Positions 37,801 through 48,899 of a stretch of DNA of 64,000 bases are shown piece by piece (position 1 is the first letter of the stretch; each line of letters opens with the position of its first letter). The stretch is from assembly GCF_963921235.1 (NCBI RefSeq), contig NC_086110.1, forward strand, positions 744,001-808,000, read 5' to 3'. The notes beneath the pieces are model-generated. The model was not told the origin of the DNA and did not search any database. It saw only the letters and a list, made by a program, of their open reading frames with translations. The stretch comes from Mobula hypostoma (Eukaryota). The translations under genes and the position numbers were made by a program.

Positions 37801-40800
37801 GTGATCATGGTTGGCAACGGGAAATGAAACAAAACAGATGTATGAAAAAGAGCCAACAAAACGTAAGTATTATTTCATGCCCAACCCTCCTCCTTTCCAT
37901 GACAGGGTTTCTCTAGATCTAGTTACGAAAAAGAAAAATACCCGATTTAAGAAGAAGCACAGGCGTTCCTGTAGCTTGGTCAGATTCAGCAACAACAGGA
38001 AAGAAGTGATTGTAATTGGACATTGTCCTCAGCTCGTTACGACGCGAATCGTTTCAAAGTAAACATACAGTTGTCAGTTGCCTATAACAAGAATAAATTC
38101 CTACGTCAATAAAGTTAATGATCCAAACACAGCGTAGTGAGATTGTTCCGGTGTAGGTAATTTAGCGACATTTAATGTCATTCCTTTAATAATGCCATGG
38201 AATAGAAACATAGAAAATAGTTGCAGGAGTAGGCCGTTCGGCCCTTACAGCCTGCACCGCCATTCAGTATGATCATGGCTGATCATCCAACTCAGAACCC
38301 TGTACCTGCCTTTTCTCCATACCCCCTGATCCCTTTAGCCACAAGGGCCATATCTAACTCCCTACTAAATATAGCCAATGAACTGGCCTCAAATGTTTCC
38401 TGTCGCAGAGAAGTCCACAGATTCACCACTCTCTGTGTAAAGAAGTTTTTCCTCATCTCGGTCCTAAAAGGCTTTCCCTTTATCCTTAACTGTGACCCGC
38501 CGTTCTGGACTTTCCCAACATCGGAAACAATCTTCCTGAATCTAGCCTTACAATCACTTTATGATTTTGTACGTTTCAATAAGATCCCTCCTCAATCTTC
38601 TAAATTCCAGCGAGTATAAGCCTATTCGATCCAGTCTTTCATCATATGAAAGTCCTGCCGTACCAGGAATCAATCTGGTGAACGTTCTTAGTACTCCCTC
38701 TATGGCAAGAATGTCTTTCCTCAGATTAGGGGACCAAAACTGCACACAGTACATAGAACATAGAATATAGAATAGTACAGCACAGTACAGGCCCTTCGGC
38801 CCACAATGTTGTGCCGACCCTCAAACCCTGCCTCCCATATAAGCCCCCACTTTAGATCCCCACATATATCTGTCTAGTAGTCTCCCAAACTTCACCAGTG
38901 TATCTGCCTCCACCACTGACTCAGGCAGTGCATTCCACGAACCACCCACTCTCTGAGTAAAAAACCTTCCTCTAATATCCCCCTTGAACTTCCCACCCCT
39001 TACCTTAAAGCCATGTCCCCTTGTATTGAGCAGCGGTGTCCTAGGGAAGAGGCGCTGGCTATCCACTCTATCTATTCCTCTTATTATCTTGTACACCTCT
39101 ATCATGTCTCCTCTCATCCTCCTTCTCTCCAAAGAGTAAAGGCCTAGCTCCTTAATCTCTGATCATAATGCATACTTTCTAAACCAGGCAGCATCCTGGT
39201 AAATCTCCTCTGTACCCTTTCCAATGCCTCCACATCCTTCCTATAGTGAGGTCACCAGAACTGGACACAATACTCCAAGTGTGGCCTAACCAGAGTTTTA
39301 TAGAGCTGCATCATTACATCGCGGCTCTTAAACTCTATCCCTCGACTTATGAAAGCTAACACCCAATAAGCTTTCTTAACTACCCTATCTACCTGTAAGG
39401 CAACTTTCAGGGATCTGTGGAAATGTACCCCGAGATCCCTCTGCTCCTCCACACTACCAAGTATCCTGCCATTTACTTTGTACTCTGCCTTGGAGTTTGT
39501 CCTTCCAAAGTGTACCACCTCACACTTCGCCGGGTTGAACTCCATCTGCCACTTCTCAGCCCACTCCTGCATCCTATCAATGTCTCTCTGCAATCTTTGA
39601 CAATCCTCGACACTATCTACAACACCACCAACCTTTGTGTCGTCTGTAATCTTGCCAACCCACCCTTCTACCCCCACATCCAGGTCGTTAATAAAAATCA
39701 CGAAAAGTAGAGGTGCCAGAACAGATCCTTGGAGGACACCACTAGTCACAACCCTCCAATCTGAATGTACTCCCTCCACCACCATCCTCTGCCTTCTGCA
39801 GGCAAGCCAATTCTGAATCCACCTGATCGAACTTCCCTGAATCCCATGCCTTCTGACTTTCTGAATAAGCCTACAGTGTGGAACCTTGTCAAATGCCTTA
39901 CTAAAATCCATATAGATCACATCCACTGCACTACCCGCATCTATATGCCTGGTCACCTCCTCAAAGAACTCTATCATTCTTGTTAGACACGATCTGCCCT
40001 TCACAAAGCCATGCTGACTGTCCCTGATCAGACCATGATTCACTAAATGCCTATAGATCCTATCTCTAAGAATCTTTTCCAACAGCTTTCCCACCACAGA
40101 CGTAAGGCTCACTGGTCTATAATTACCCGGACTATCCCTACTACCTTTTTTGAACAAGGGAACAACATTCGCCTCCCTCCAATCCTCCGGTACCATTACC
40201 GTGGACAACGAGGACATAAAGATCCTACCCAGAGGTTCAGCAATCTCTTCTCTCGCCTCGTGGAGCAGCCTGGGGAATATTCCGTCAGGCCCCGGGGACT
40301 TATCCGTCCTAATATATTTTAACAACTCTAACACCTCCTCTCCCTTAATATCAACATGCTCCAGTACATCAACCTCACTCATATTGTCCTCACCATCATC
40401 AAGTTCCCTCTCATCGATGAATAGCGAAGAGAAGTATTCATTGAGGACCTCGCTCACTTCCACAGCCTCCAGGCACATCTTCCCACCTTTATCTCTAATC
40501 GCTCCTACCTTAACTCCTGTCATCCTTTTTTTTCTTCACGTAATTGAAGAATGCCTTGGGGTTTTCCTTTACCCTACTCGCCAAGGCCTTCTCATGCCCC
40601 CTTCTTGCTCTTCTCAGCCCTTTCTTAAGCTTCTTTCGTGCTTCCCTATATTCCTCAATAGACCCAGCTGATCCTTGCTTCCTAAACCTCATGTATGCTG
40701 CCTTCTTCCTCCTGACTAGATTTTCCACCTCACGTCACCCATGGTTCTTTCACCCTACTATTCTTTATCTTCCTCACCGGGACAAATTTATCCCTTGCAT

Positions 40801-43800
40801 CTCGCAAGAGATCTCTAAACATCGACCACATGTCCATAGTATATTTCCCTGCAAAAACATCATCCCAATTCACACCCGCAAGTTCTAGCCTTATAGCCTC
40901 ATAATTTGCCTTTCCCCAATTAAAAATGTTCCCTTCATCTTTGATTCTATCCTTTTCCATGATAATTATAAAGGCCAGGAATCGGTGATCACTGTCCCCC
41001 AGATGCTCACGCACTGAGAGATCTGTGACCTGACCCGGTTTATTACCTAGTACTCGATCTAGTATGGCATTTCCCCTGGTCGGCCTGTCCACATACTGTG
41101 ACAGAAATCCATCCTGGACACACTTAACAAATTCTGCGCCATCTAAACCCTTGGAGATAATCAGGTGCCAATCAATATTAGGGAAGTTAAAGTCACCCAT
41201 GATAACAACCCTGTTATTTTTGCACCTTTCCAACATCTGCCTCACAATCTGCTCACCTGTATCTCTGCTGCTACCAGGGGGCCTTTAGAATACCCCCAGT
41301 AGATTAACTGCGCCCTTCCTGTTCCTGACTTCCACCTATATTGACTCAAAAGAGGATCCTGCTACATTACCCACCCTTTCTGTAGTTGTAATAGTATCCC
41401 TGACAAGTAATGCCACCCCTCCTCCCCTTTTTCCGCCCTCTCTATCCCTTTTAAAGCACTGAAATCCAGGAATATTGAGAATCCATTCCTGTCCTGGTGC
41501 CAGCCAAGTCTCTGTAATGGCCACTACATCATAATTCCATGTATGTATCGAAACTCTCAGTTCATCACCTGTGTTCCTGATGCTTCAGGTGTTGTCTTAC
41601 CGAGCCCTTGACAACTGCAGTGATACCTCGCTGCTGCTGTACTTGAATCCTGTTGCAATGAATGTCAGCATACCATTCGCCTTTTTCAACGCCTGCTGTA
41701 CCTGCATGCCCACTTTCAATGACTGGTGTATAATGACACCCGGATCTCGTTGCACCTCCCCTTTCCTAATCGGCCACCATTCAGATAATAATCTGTTTTT
41801 CTGTTTTTGCCACCAAAGTAGATAACCTCACATTTATCCACATTAACTTACATCTGTAAATTTAAGGTGTTGTAATATCAGGTATTGTAATTTATAATGT
41901 TTGGATTTCATTATTTCCTTAATAAACTGTTTCTTCCATCATTCATTTGATGCTTTCTGACAGTATGCGATTTTCCTCACCGGACGGGGTTCAGATGTAA
42001 CATTCACATACAAGAACAGAACTCAGTGACTACCAAAACCTTTCAACCCCTCACTAGTGACGAAATACTCGACCCCTCTATTTGGTTGTGTCAGAGTAAA
42101 TTACTACTTATTTAACACAATACGTTCTACCCCTATGGTTTAATTCTCTAAACCTGCTGTAGTTCTGTGCAGCCTGAGCATAACACACCGTCACCCAAGT
42201 GCTTGCTTTGTTTGAAACAAAGGGTTGCGGGAAACTTTGGTAGAGGCCTGAAAGATTGTGTTTTGACGAAATCTCAAAATATTCCGTGATATTTCGTCAT
42301 AACTACAACCCAAGCCTATGTAGAGCAAAGGCTTCCAATTCAAGAAAAAAAATGGTGTCCACCCACTGTAAACCGCAAGACCATCCTTCCGGGGAAATAA
42401 TTCAGCGATCCTACCCGGATGTCTGGTAAACATCCTGAATCTGCATACCTAGATGTTCTGTGGAAGATATTCATCAAAGGCTTGTATAGCTCCAGAAGTT
42501 GCGGTAAACGTATATTTCCGGAATAAATAGCATTGCAGCAGGTAAAGGAATAAACAAAAAATGTTTGATGGACGCAGAGGATCGGGAACGCGTGATTGTG
42601 GAGGTCAGCGTGTTGGACCATGCTGCAATCAGAGGCAACCAGGGGAATGAAAAATAATAAGTAACAGGAGGAATATAATAAGCAGAAATTGCAGTAAGAG
42701 TGAAACAATAAAGCTAAAATCTTTAATTCTCTTGTGATCTGGACAGAATTTATAAAGCAAATCTGCCAAAGATATTATACCCTTTGCCATTATTTCAAAT
42801 GAATCTGGTGAAATATTTATTTTAAAATGTTACAGATCATTATTTGTGTAATGTTCTGGACGCTACATGCTTTTGATTTGTCTCTAAGGCTGCAGCAAGT
42901 TATGACAAAATGATGAAAACTCCCTGCCGTTCAGAACGGAATATAAAGAAGGATTTTTTTTTTTTCAGAGGAACATCGTTAACCTGCGGGAAAGACTGGA
43001 AAATAATATTGGAACAAAAAAGAAAAATACCGTCCTTTTTGGGGGTACATATTGCTGTAGCAATTTTCCAACTAGCTTGATGCAGTAATGCAGACGCAAG
43101 GTGAAAAGAGGGCACATAACTAAATAAAGGTTGCTTCCAGTACTGTCATGACAATGATGACCAGAAATTGCGGGTTTCACTGCTGAGCAAAATAAATTAT
43201 AAATTTCCCAGTAACAGCTTCGAAATGTATAACAAGGACATACCATCCCAAGGAGGGTTACAACCGTTAAATGTTCAGGAATTCTGAATTTAACAGATAT
43301 TTCTATTTTTTACATACTTTGGACCAATCTTCTGTTAGACGTTGCATTGATTCTGTGTACAATGCTCAATTGTGTGATTTAAAGTGTTCTGTCTTCCATC
43401 GTGAGCAAACATACTGCCATTTATTTTACCGATACCTGCCTCCAAGACAAACTTATATTACATGCTGTACCGCATTCACAACTGAAACTCGCAAAATGTC
43501 ATGAAATCTTTCATATATTTATAATTATTAATATCATTGTTTTATTTTTACATGTTCTACTGTTTAACTGAGTACTTAAGAATATAAGAAATAGGAGCAG
43601 AAGAAGGCCATCTGGCCCCTCGAGCCTGCTCCGTCATTCAATAAGATCACTGCTGCTCTGGTCATGGACTCATCTCCATATCAACCTGCCTTTTCTCCGT
43701 AATCGTTAATTTCCCTCCTATGCAAAACTTTTATCCAACCTTCTCTTAAATCTATTAACTGAGGGAGCCTCCACTGCTTCACTGGGCAGAGAATTGCACA

Positions 43801-46611
43801 AGTTTAGCATTCTAAACTAAGTAATAAACCGTATTTTTAAATAAAACAGAGAGCAAACTAGAACACGGTCAATACCACTAAAACCGTCTAGTGGTTCCTA
43901 ATAGTTATTGACGGAGGAATTCATACAGTGCACGCTGCTGTGTTTTTTTTACAGAATCAGAATGTACGACAGCAGATATAGTAGCTCACAGGACTAGAAC
44001 CACAATCAGCGGCTTTTCAGACGGCCTTAGATCACCAGGACAATACCAATACGCGCTAACTGTGCTGCTTGCAGTTCGTTGACTCCAGCCTTTATCACCA
44101 TCATTCTTTCAGTCTGATTGATAAGCTATGGGTCTCTGTACCTCCCTCAGCAATTGGATTTTCGACTTGCTAACCTGAAGAAAACAATTTGTATCAATAA
44201 CTCCTCCTCACTGAGGACCAACACTGTCGCATCTCTGGAATGTGCCCTTAGCCCACTTATCTACTCTCTCTATATCCATGGCTATGCGGCTGAGTAATAG
44301 CTAAACTGTCAGCAATAAATTTGTTAATGATACAACAATTGTTGGCAGAATCTCAGATGGAAAGGGCAGGGCGTACAGCAGAGAGTGATATTAGCCAGCT
44401 GAGTGGAGTTGCAGCAACGACCTTTCACTCAACGCAGTCAGATGAGAAAGTTGACCGAGGACTTCAGAAACAGTAGGAGGATGGATCATAAAGCAATCCT
44501 CAGATTTGGAGAGAGTGGGCAATGTCAAGTTCCTGGGTGTCAATATCTCTGGGGAACTAACCTGGTCCTAACATATCGACGTTGCTATAATGTGGGCAAG
44601 TTAGTAGCTATATTTTTTTTGGAAGTTTGAGGAGATCTGGTTTGTCACCTAAGACCCTCGTAAACGTCTAGAGATGTACCAGAAGAGCATTTTGACAGGT
44701 TGCATCACCGTCTGGCATGCTGGAGAGCGACTACTGTACTAGATCGAAAGAAGCTACGGCAAGTTATAAATGAGTCTGTTCTATCATGGGTGCTAGCATC
44801 CATAGTATCCAAGACATCTTCAAGGAGCAGTGTCTCTGGAGGACTGCCTTCATCATTAAGGACTTCCATTACCCAAGACATGTCCTCTTCTCATTATAAC
44901 CCTAAGGAAGGAGGTATGAAAGCGTGAAGACACACACTCAGCGATTCAAAGAAATCCTTCTTCCTCTCTGCTATCCGATCTCTCATGGATAATGAACCTA
45001 TAAACACTACCTCACTGACATCAGCACTGGACTCCAAGGGCGGATTGTTCTGAGTTCAAACCCAGCCGAGTCCCAGCCTGGACAGCACCAGTGTCTGCAG
45101 AGAACAAATGCCCAGCCATCTACTTCCATATCTGCCATGAATACCCTGTATACGCTATGGTCTACGATGTCACGAAGAGTCGAACTCGACTTAAGGACTT
45201 AACAACTGAACAACAACGTTAAATGATTTTGCTGATTTTCTCTTTTTCCTATATTATTATGTTTCATTTGCTTTATATTGTACTGCTGCCGGTACGTTAA
45301 TAAATTTCACGACGTATGCCGACGATGACTTTAGTCCTGATTCTGATTCTGATTAGAAGTTAATTCTGTTTAGAAGTTCTCCAATCGCTAAATACACATA
45401 ACAAATATTTATTCTTTTTTTTTCCATTTGCAAAGTGACAGACAGACTCGAGTTTACAAATAAACTAATCTCGGGCTTTTCTAATGATCGCAGAGTATGC
45501 AACCGAGACATCGGTTGCAATTGATATTTGTACCCGGCTGGAAACCCGAGAAGCGGTTATTTGTTATATATGCTAACAAAACATTAGAACATTTTCCAGA
45601 ATCGTTTTGATATTCTGCAGGTAATCGCTGAATTCTTAACTTACGAGGGACACGACATCATCTGTAACTCACAGTCTACAATCGGATGAAATAATTTCAG
45701 TTAACACATATAACATTCTATTTCAGTAATTGCCTAGCTACGGACTTAAAATCCTTCATTAGATATACATCCCAGGAATTAAATTTCCAGATAAAAAAGG
45801 AGCATCATTTTTTTTTAATTAGAAAACCATGTTCTTTCGGAGATTACACTGTTCCACCAACAGTAAACGGTGGTTATGCAAACCCGAAAGGAAGAATACT
45901 ATTGTGGATAGTGTAGCAGTCCCTTGTTCTACTTTATCAATATATAACGCGCTCCGTTAAATGTAGTCGTTGCATTTGTCTAAGACACGCCGAGTGAGAC
46001 TTACCGTGTACAATAACGTTCGTGCCATTGCCTTGGGAAAATTTTCTTGTCCAGTCTCTCACACTGCAATAATAGATTCCAGAGTCACCGAAGCTCACCC
46101 CGAGGATATGGAATTCGGCAGAACCTTGCTCTGAAGTTATAATACTCATCCTTCTGTCTGCAGTGGCATCTATAAATTGTTTTTGTCCCCCTTTCCTCCA
46201 ATAAACATCCACCAGTGAGTTCTGAGCGAAGATTGGGTAGGTGCAGTAAATTGACACATTTTCACCCTTTGTCTTCGTCACCTGCTCAGGAATCTGGTTC
46301 ACTGTGAACGAGGCCCTGTCAGCAACTGTCAGAATGAAAAATATTCGTTATCAGAGCATAGTGAACGGCTTTATTGACCAGAAAAAAAAACATTAACTGT
46401 CACTGTAAACGAAAACAGGTCAATTTCCTTGTGATTGAAGTAAAATAATTGTAAATATCTAAACTGCGATTTACTAATTGAGCAAACCATACCTCATGAA
46501 GATATCCCCTGCACCCGCTCCGTTAATCAGCATTAACGAGAGAAGCGTATACATACCAGTGTAAGTAATCTGCAGGACTAAGAGATACTGCAGCAGATCA
46601 AATATTTGCAT
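28633..46611 (-). CDS. Six-exon gene for a 326-aa Ig-superfamily inhibitory receptor (leader, VJ, C1, TM, ITIM/ITSM tail); SIRP-like or VJ-C1-like
   Basis: Manual splicing gives exons of 55+321+279+111+47+168 = 981 nt. All introns are GT..AG, phases are 1,1,1,1,0, and there is no internal stop. Domain motifs are read directly from the translation. Orthology is not established. Confidence 0.9.
28868..31960 (-). mobile_element. CR1 ORF2 (EN and RT) with 3' end, in intron 5 of the receptor gene
   Basis: LKLLYLNTRSIRNK, GSAVLDWVLCNE, YLDFQKAFDKVP, KFADDTK and LGLYSLEF, with several frameshifts. Confidence 0.9.
32420..32975 (+). mobile_element. Rex1/Babar 3' fragment with (TATGAC)n tail
   Basis: NRIKKLIRKASDVVG..RKSFLPVAIKIYNS, ending aataaagtatgactatgact. 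Confidence 0.75.
33011..33057 (-). CDS. Exon 5: short cytoplasmic exon VVAESDENLSRYLENQ
   Basis: Acceptor tttttatttcctctag|TT and donor CAG|GTAAGA. Phase 1-0 links exon 4 to exon 6 in frame. Confidence 0.8.
33542..33652 (-). CDS. Exon 4: transmembrane exon ESRDKFILILTGAFAACGVIILALLLLIRRFRVDKTE
   Basis: Acceptor cacctcag|AA. A 23-aa hydrophobic stretch is followed by a basic RRFR stop-transfer. Donor G|GTAAGT. Phase 1-1. Confidence 0.92.
34853..35131 (-). CDS. Exon 3: C1-set Ig domain
   Basis: Acceptor polyT-catttgcag|TT. Motifs LTC, AAFFPKDYKLIWYKN, NEEGLYLVSSSL and YTCQVFHES are C1-set hallmarks. Donor G|GTAAGA. Overlaps ORF 34602..35117. Confidence 0.95.
36930..37450 (+). mobile_element. 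Degraded CR1 3' fragment
   Basis: RRRSNSDLIDVYKVIR, the CR1 C-terminal motif. Confidence 0.55.
37700..37835. promoter_or_regulatory. Candidate intronic enhancer with an IRF element and an ETS-IRF composite site
   Basis: TTTCACTTTC (GAAAGTGAAA on minus) at 37716-37725 and GGAAATGAAA (GGAANNGAAA) at 37820-37829, in non-repeat intron sequence. Confidence 0.3.
38205..41860 (-). mobile_element. Nested CR1s in intron 2: an outer copy (38205-38755 and ~41580-41860) interrupted by an inner copy (~38756-41570) with EN and a 423-aa open RT segment
   Basis: ORF 39252..40523 has the YMDFSKAFDKVPH, GVLQGSVL and DDTK motifs. EN motifs AITETWL and MGDFNFP are present. The outer copy's RT is collinear across the insertion. 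Confidence 0.88.
44000..45355 (+). mobile_element. Degraded Rex1/Babar RT and 3' end, interrupted by a SINE at ~45020-45218
   Basis: ALSPLIYSLY and KFVNDTTIVGRI, ending ctgattctgattctgatt. Confidence 0.7.
45020..45218 (+). mobile_element. tRNA-derived SINE with an RTE-like 3' tail
   Basis: B-box-like GAGTTCAAACC at ~45052-45062. The 3' end gtcacgaagagtcgaactcgactt..aactgaacaacaac resembles RTE/BovB termini. Confidence 0.55.
46005..46325 (-). CDS. Exon 2: V-set Ig domain with a J-like G strand in the same exon
   Basis: Acceptor ttcattctgacag|TT. Motifs IYC (B strand), VYW (C strand), GDSGIYYC (F strand) and FSQGNGTNVIV. Donor G|GTAAGT. Overlaps ORF 45937..46302. Confidence 0.95.
46557..46611 (-). 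CDS. Exon 1: signal peptide MQIFDLLQYLLVLQITYT
   Basis: ATG at 46611, 18 mostly hydrophobic codons plus 1 nt, donor G|GTATGT, then a 231-nt phase-1 intron. This is the typical IgSF leader arrangement. Confidence 0.8.
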
Positions 46612-46699
46612 TTTGAACAGAAGCAATAAAATCGAACCGTGGTAACTGTTTGGCAGCGGCTCAGTCAAATAACACAATGAAAGGAAGCTTTAAGGGTGC

Positions 46700-47075
46700 C
46701 TGATGGAAGTGCTGTTGCAACTGATGACTTTGTTTCAAATTACGTCACAACGGCGAACAAAAAAAAACGTTTAAAGTTGCACGCTGGCTGGACGTATCTG
46801 CTATTACAATCAAGTCAGAATTTCCACTGGCTTTCTCAGTTGTTATGAAACACATTGAGAAATGGAATCGAATGCGAGAGTAACTCGGCGGAAAGATACA
46901 CCGCTGTGGTTTCAGTGTCTTTATGAAAAACCAAAAACCCATGCAGTCACAGCATTAGAGTGAAAAGGAACAATTGAACCTATTATCTCTGCCTTCGTAG
47001 GAGTTCGCAGAAGCTTTAAATAAATAGTGTCGCATAAAGGATGAGTGCAAATGATAGAGGAAAAGGAAACTCTAT
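46700..47075 (-). promoter_or_regulatory. Putative proximal promoter of the receptor gene
   Basis: Unique sequence just upstream of the ATG, with ETS GGAAGT at 46705-46710, CRE-like TTACGTCA at 46741-46748, RUNX TGTGGTT at 46905-46911 and ISRE-like GAAAAGGAAACT at 47060-47071. Motif matches only. Confidence 0.4.
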
Positions 47076-47419
47076 CAAAAACTAAGAGGAGATAATGAGC
47101 CGAAAACTGATGAATCCAGACAGCTAATTATCAAAATCCGGGCTTCCAAACGGATGTGGGGTGTAGGGGAGAGAAAGAGATATTTTGTTTTTGTAGCGGA
47201 GCTCAATGCACTATAATCTTGCTAAATGAAGATACTCCAAGATGCTTATATCAGATACAGCACAATGACTAAATTAACTTTAAAACTCGCAACCGGTACG
47301 CTTAATATAATCACAAATGGCGCGCGATGTAGTCATGTTTATTGTTAAGCAGTAGTCCGATTGCACAGGCACACGTCTGTTACTACAGACTGTCGATATT
47401 ATGATTCCAGTAGTTGTCC

Positions 47420-47850
47420 AAGTAAATGCAGGTCGATGTTATGGATGTGCTAACGAGGTGGAGGCGACATTTAAAAAGTGAGGAGGACGGTGCGGAAGTT
47501 TCTAGCAGGCTTGCGATATTGGGAACGTTCGCTTTTTTACTGCAGAGTGATGAAAGTTGTGAAGGGACAGAGGGACCTTGCGTTATACGTCCATATGCAC
47601 CTCAGTGTTGCAGTGAATGTTGGTAGGGTTGTTAGGAAGACGTATAGTGCGTTGCATTGTTCATTTAATTAGTCAGGGGATAGAGTTTAAGAGCTGCTAG
47701 ATAATATTACAGCTCTTTATAATTCAGGTTAAATTACACTTCAAGTGTTGTGTTCTCTTCTGATCATTTCATAATCTGAAGTACATGGAAACTCTCCAGT
47801 GGTTACAGGGGATATTGACCAGAATGTTACCTGAATTGAAGTACTGGTTC
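47420..47850 (+). mobile_element. Degraded CR1 RT C-terminal fragment
   Basis: GQRDLALYVHMHLSVAVNVGRVVRKTY, the CR1 thumb region. Confidence 0.55.
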
Positions 47851-48899
47851 AGAGGCTAGCCACACTGATTGGCTCAGTTTTGATTTGCAAATTAAAGTTT
47901 GAAACTTCTTGAAAATTTTTCGGCGACTCCTTGTCATTTGTGAAACCACGACAGGGGCTAGTAGAAAGAAGACGTGAGAATGGAAAATGGATGGAGTGGA
48001 AAGTACCAGAGAGACATTTTGGAATGACCAATGAATGAAATGTTTGGAATCAACTGACCTTGCCTGCTGTCTCAGGGCTGGGTGTGTTTGCTCCGCACCA
48101 CAGCCACCCCCTGTTCACCTTCACGGTACCCGCCCCATACCGCTCCCGCTGTGCTCCACTCTCGTTATTCCCAGCACCCATGTCTCCCGCCAGGTTTATA
48201 AATCGCTCCGCTCACCACTCCAGGTTGACAAATAGAGCGCTGTGGAAAAGTCTTATACACATGGATATAGCTCGGATGACTGAGATATCAACAACACTGT
48301 GCTGCCAAGTTGGTCATTCAGTCGATTAAGAAACTGTTAGGTAGGTGTACGAGTGTCCGGAAATGGAGGGATATGGCCATTATGTAGGCTGAAGGGATTG
48401 ATTCAGTTAATATTTTAAATACTATGTTAATTAATTCAGTAGACCAATCTGCTGTATTTCTTTACGTCCCATGTTCTACAGTGAAGGGAATACAAGAACC
48501 TCTGAAATGACGATAGAAGTAGCATCGTTGTAAATATGATAGCTGATGATGCATACAAGTTTGGTGATGAAATTTGTTTACACCCCTGCTTTGCCTCAAT
48601 ATGTGTTGCCTCGTACCTGAGAGATCTCAGACTCTGTGAACTATAAGATTTAAAAACAAGCGTCCAGATTCATCGCAAGGAACGCAACACACAGAAGGCA
48701 GTTTTAGCCTCCATATGGTATATCGTGAAACACCATCCACCCACCATGCCATTAATATATGACATCTGTATCCAGTAATAACTGTCACCCTCTTGCTTGT
48801 CGATTCATTACAGTTTACTTCTCAGCAGATGCGAAGAGACATTCTCTGAATGAATATGAGGATGGAAATACAATTAGCTAATGCATTATCTGTCTACTT

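Noticed and set aside
46300-46306. Perfect RSS heptamer CACAGTG (minus) at the start of the V exon
   Set aside because: There is no ACAAAAACC-like nonamer at 12 or 23 nt, and it encodes FR1 residues at the wrong end of V. Heptamers near 36236 and 37688 also lack nonamers.
28633-46611. Naming the gene NCR3/NKp30, SIRPA, B7H6, a TCR chain or an Ig light chain
   Set aside because: NKp30 lacks a C1 domain and has a charged TM. Mammalian SIRPA has two C1 domains. TCR/IgL rearrange and have no ITIM. Orthology needs phylogeny and synteny, so no symbol is given.
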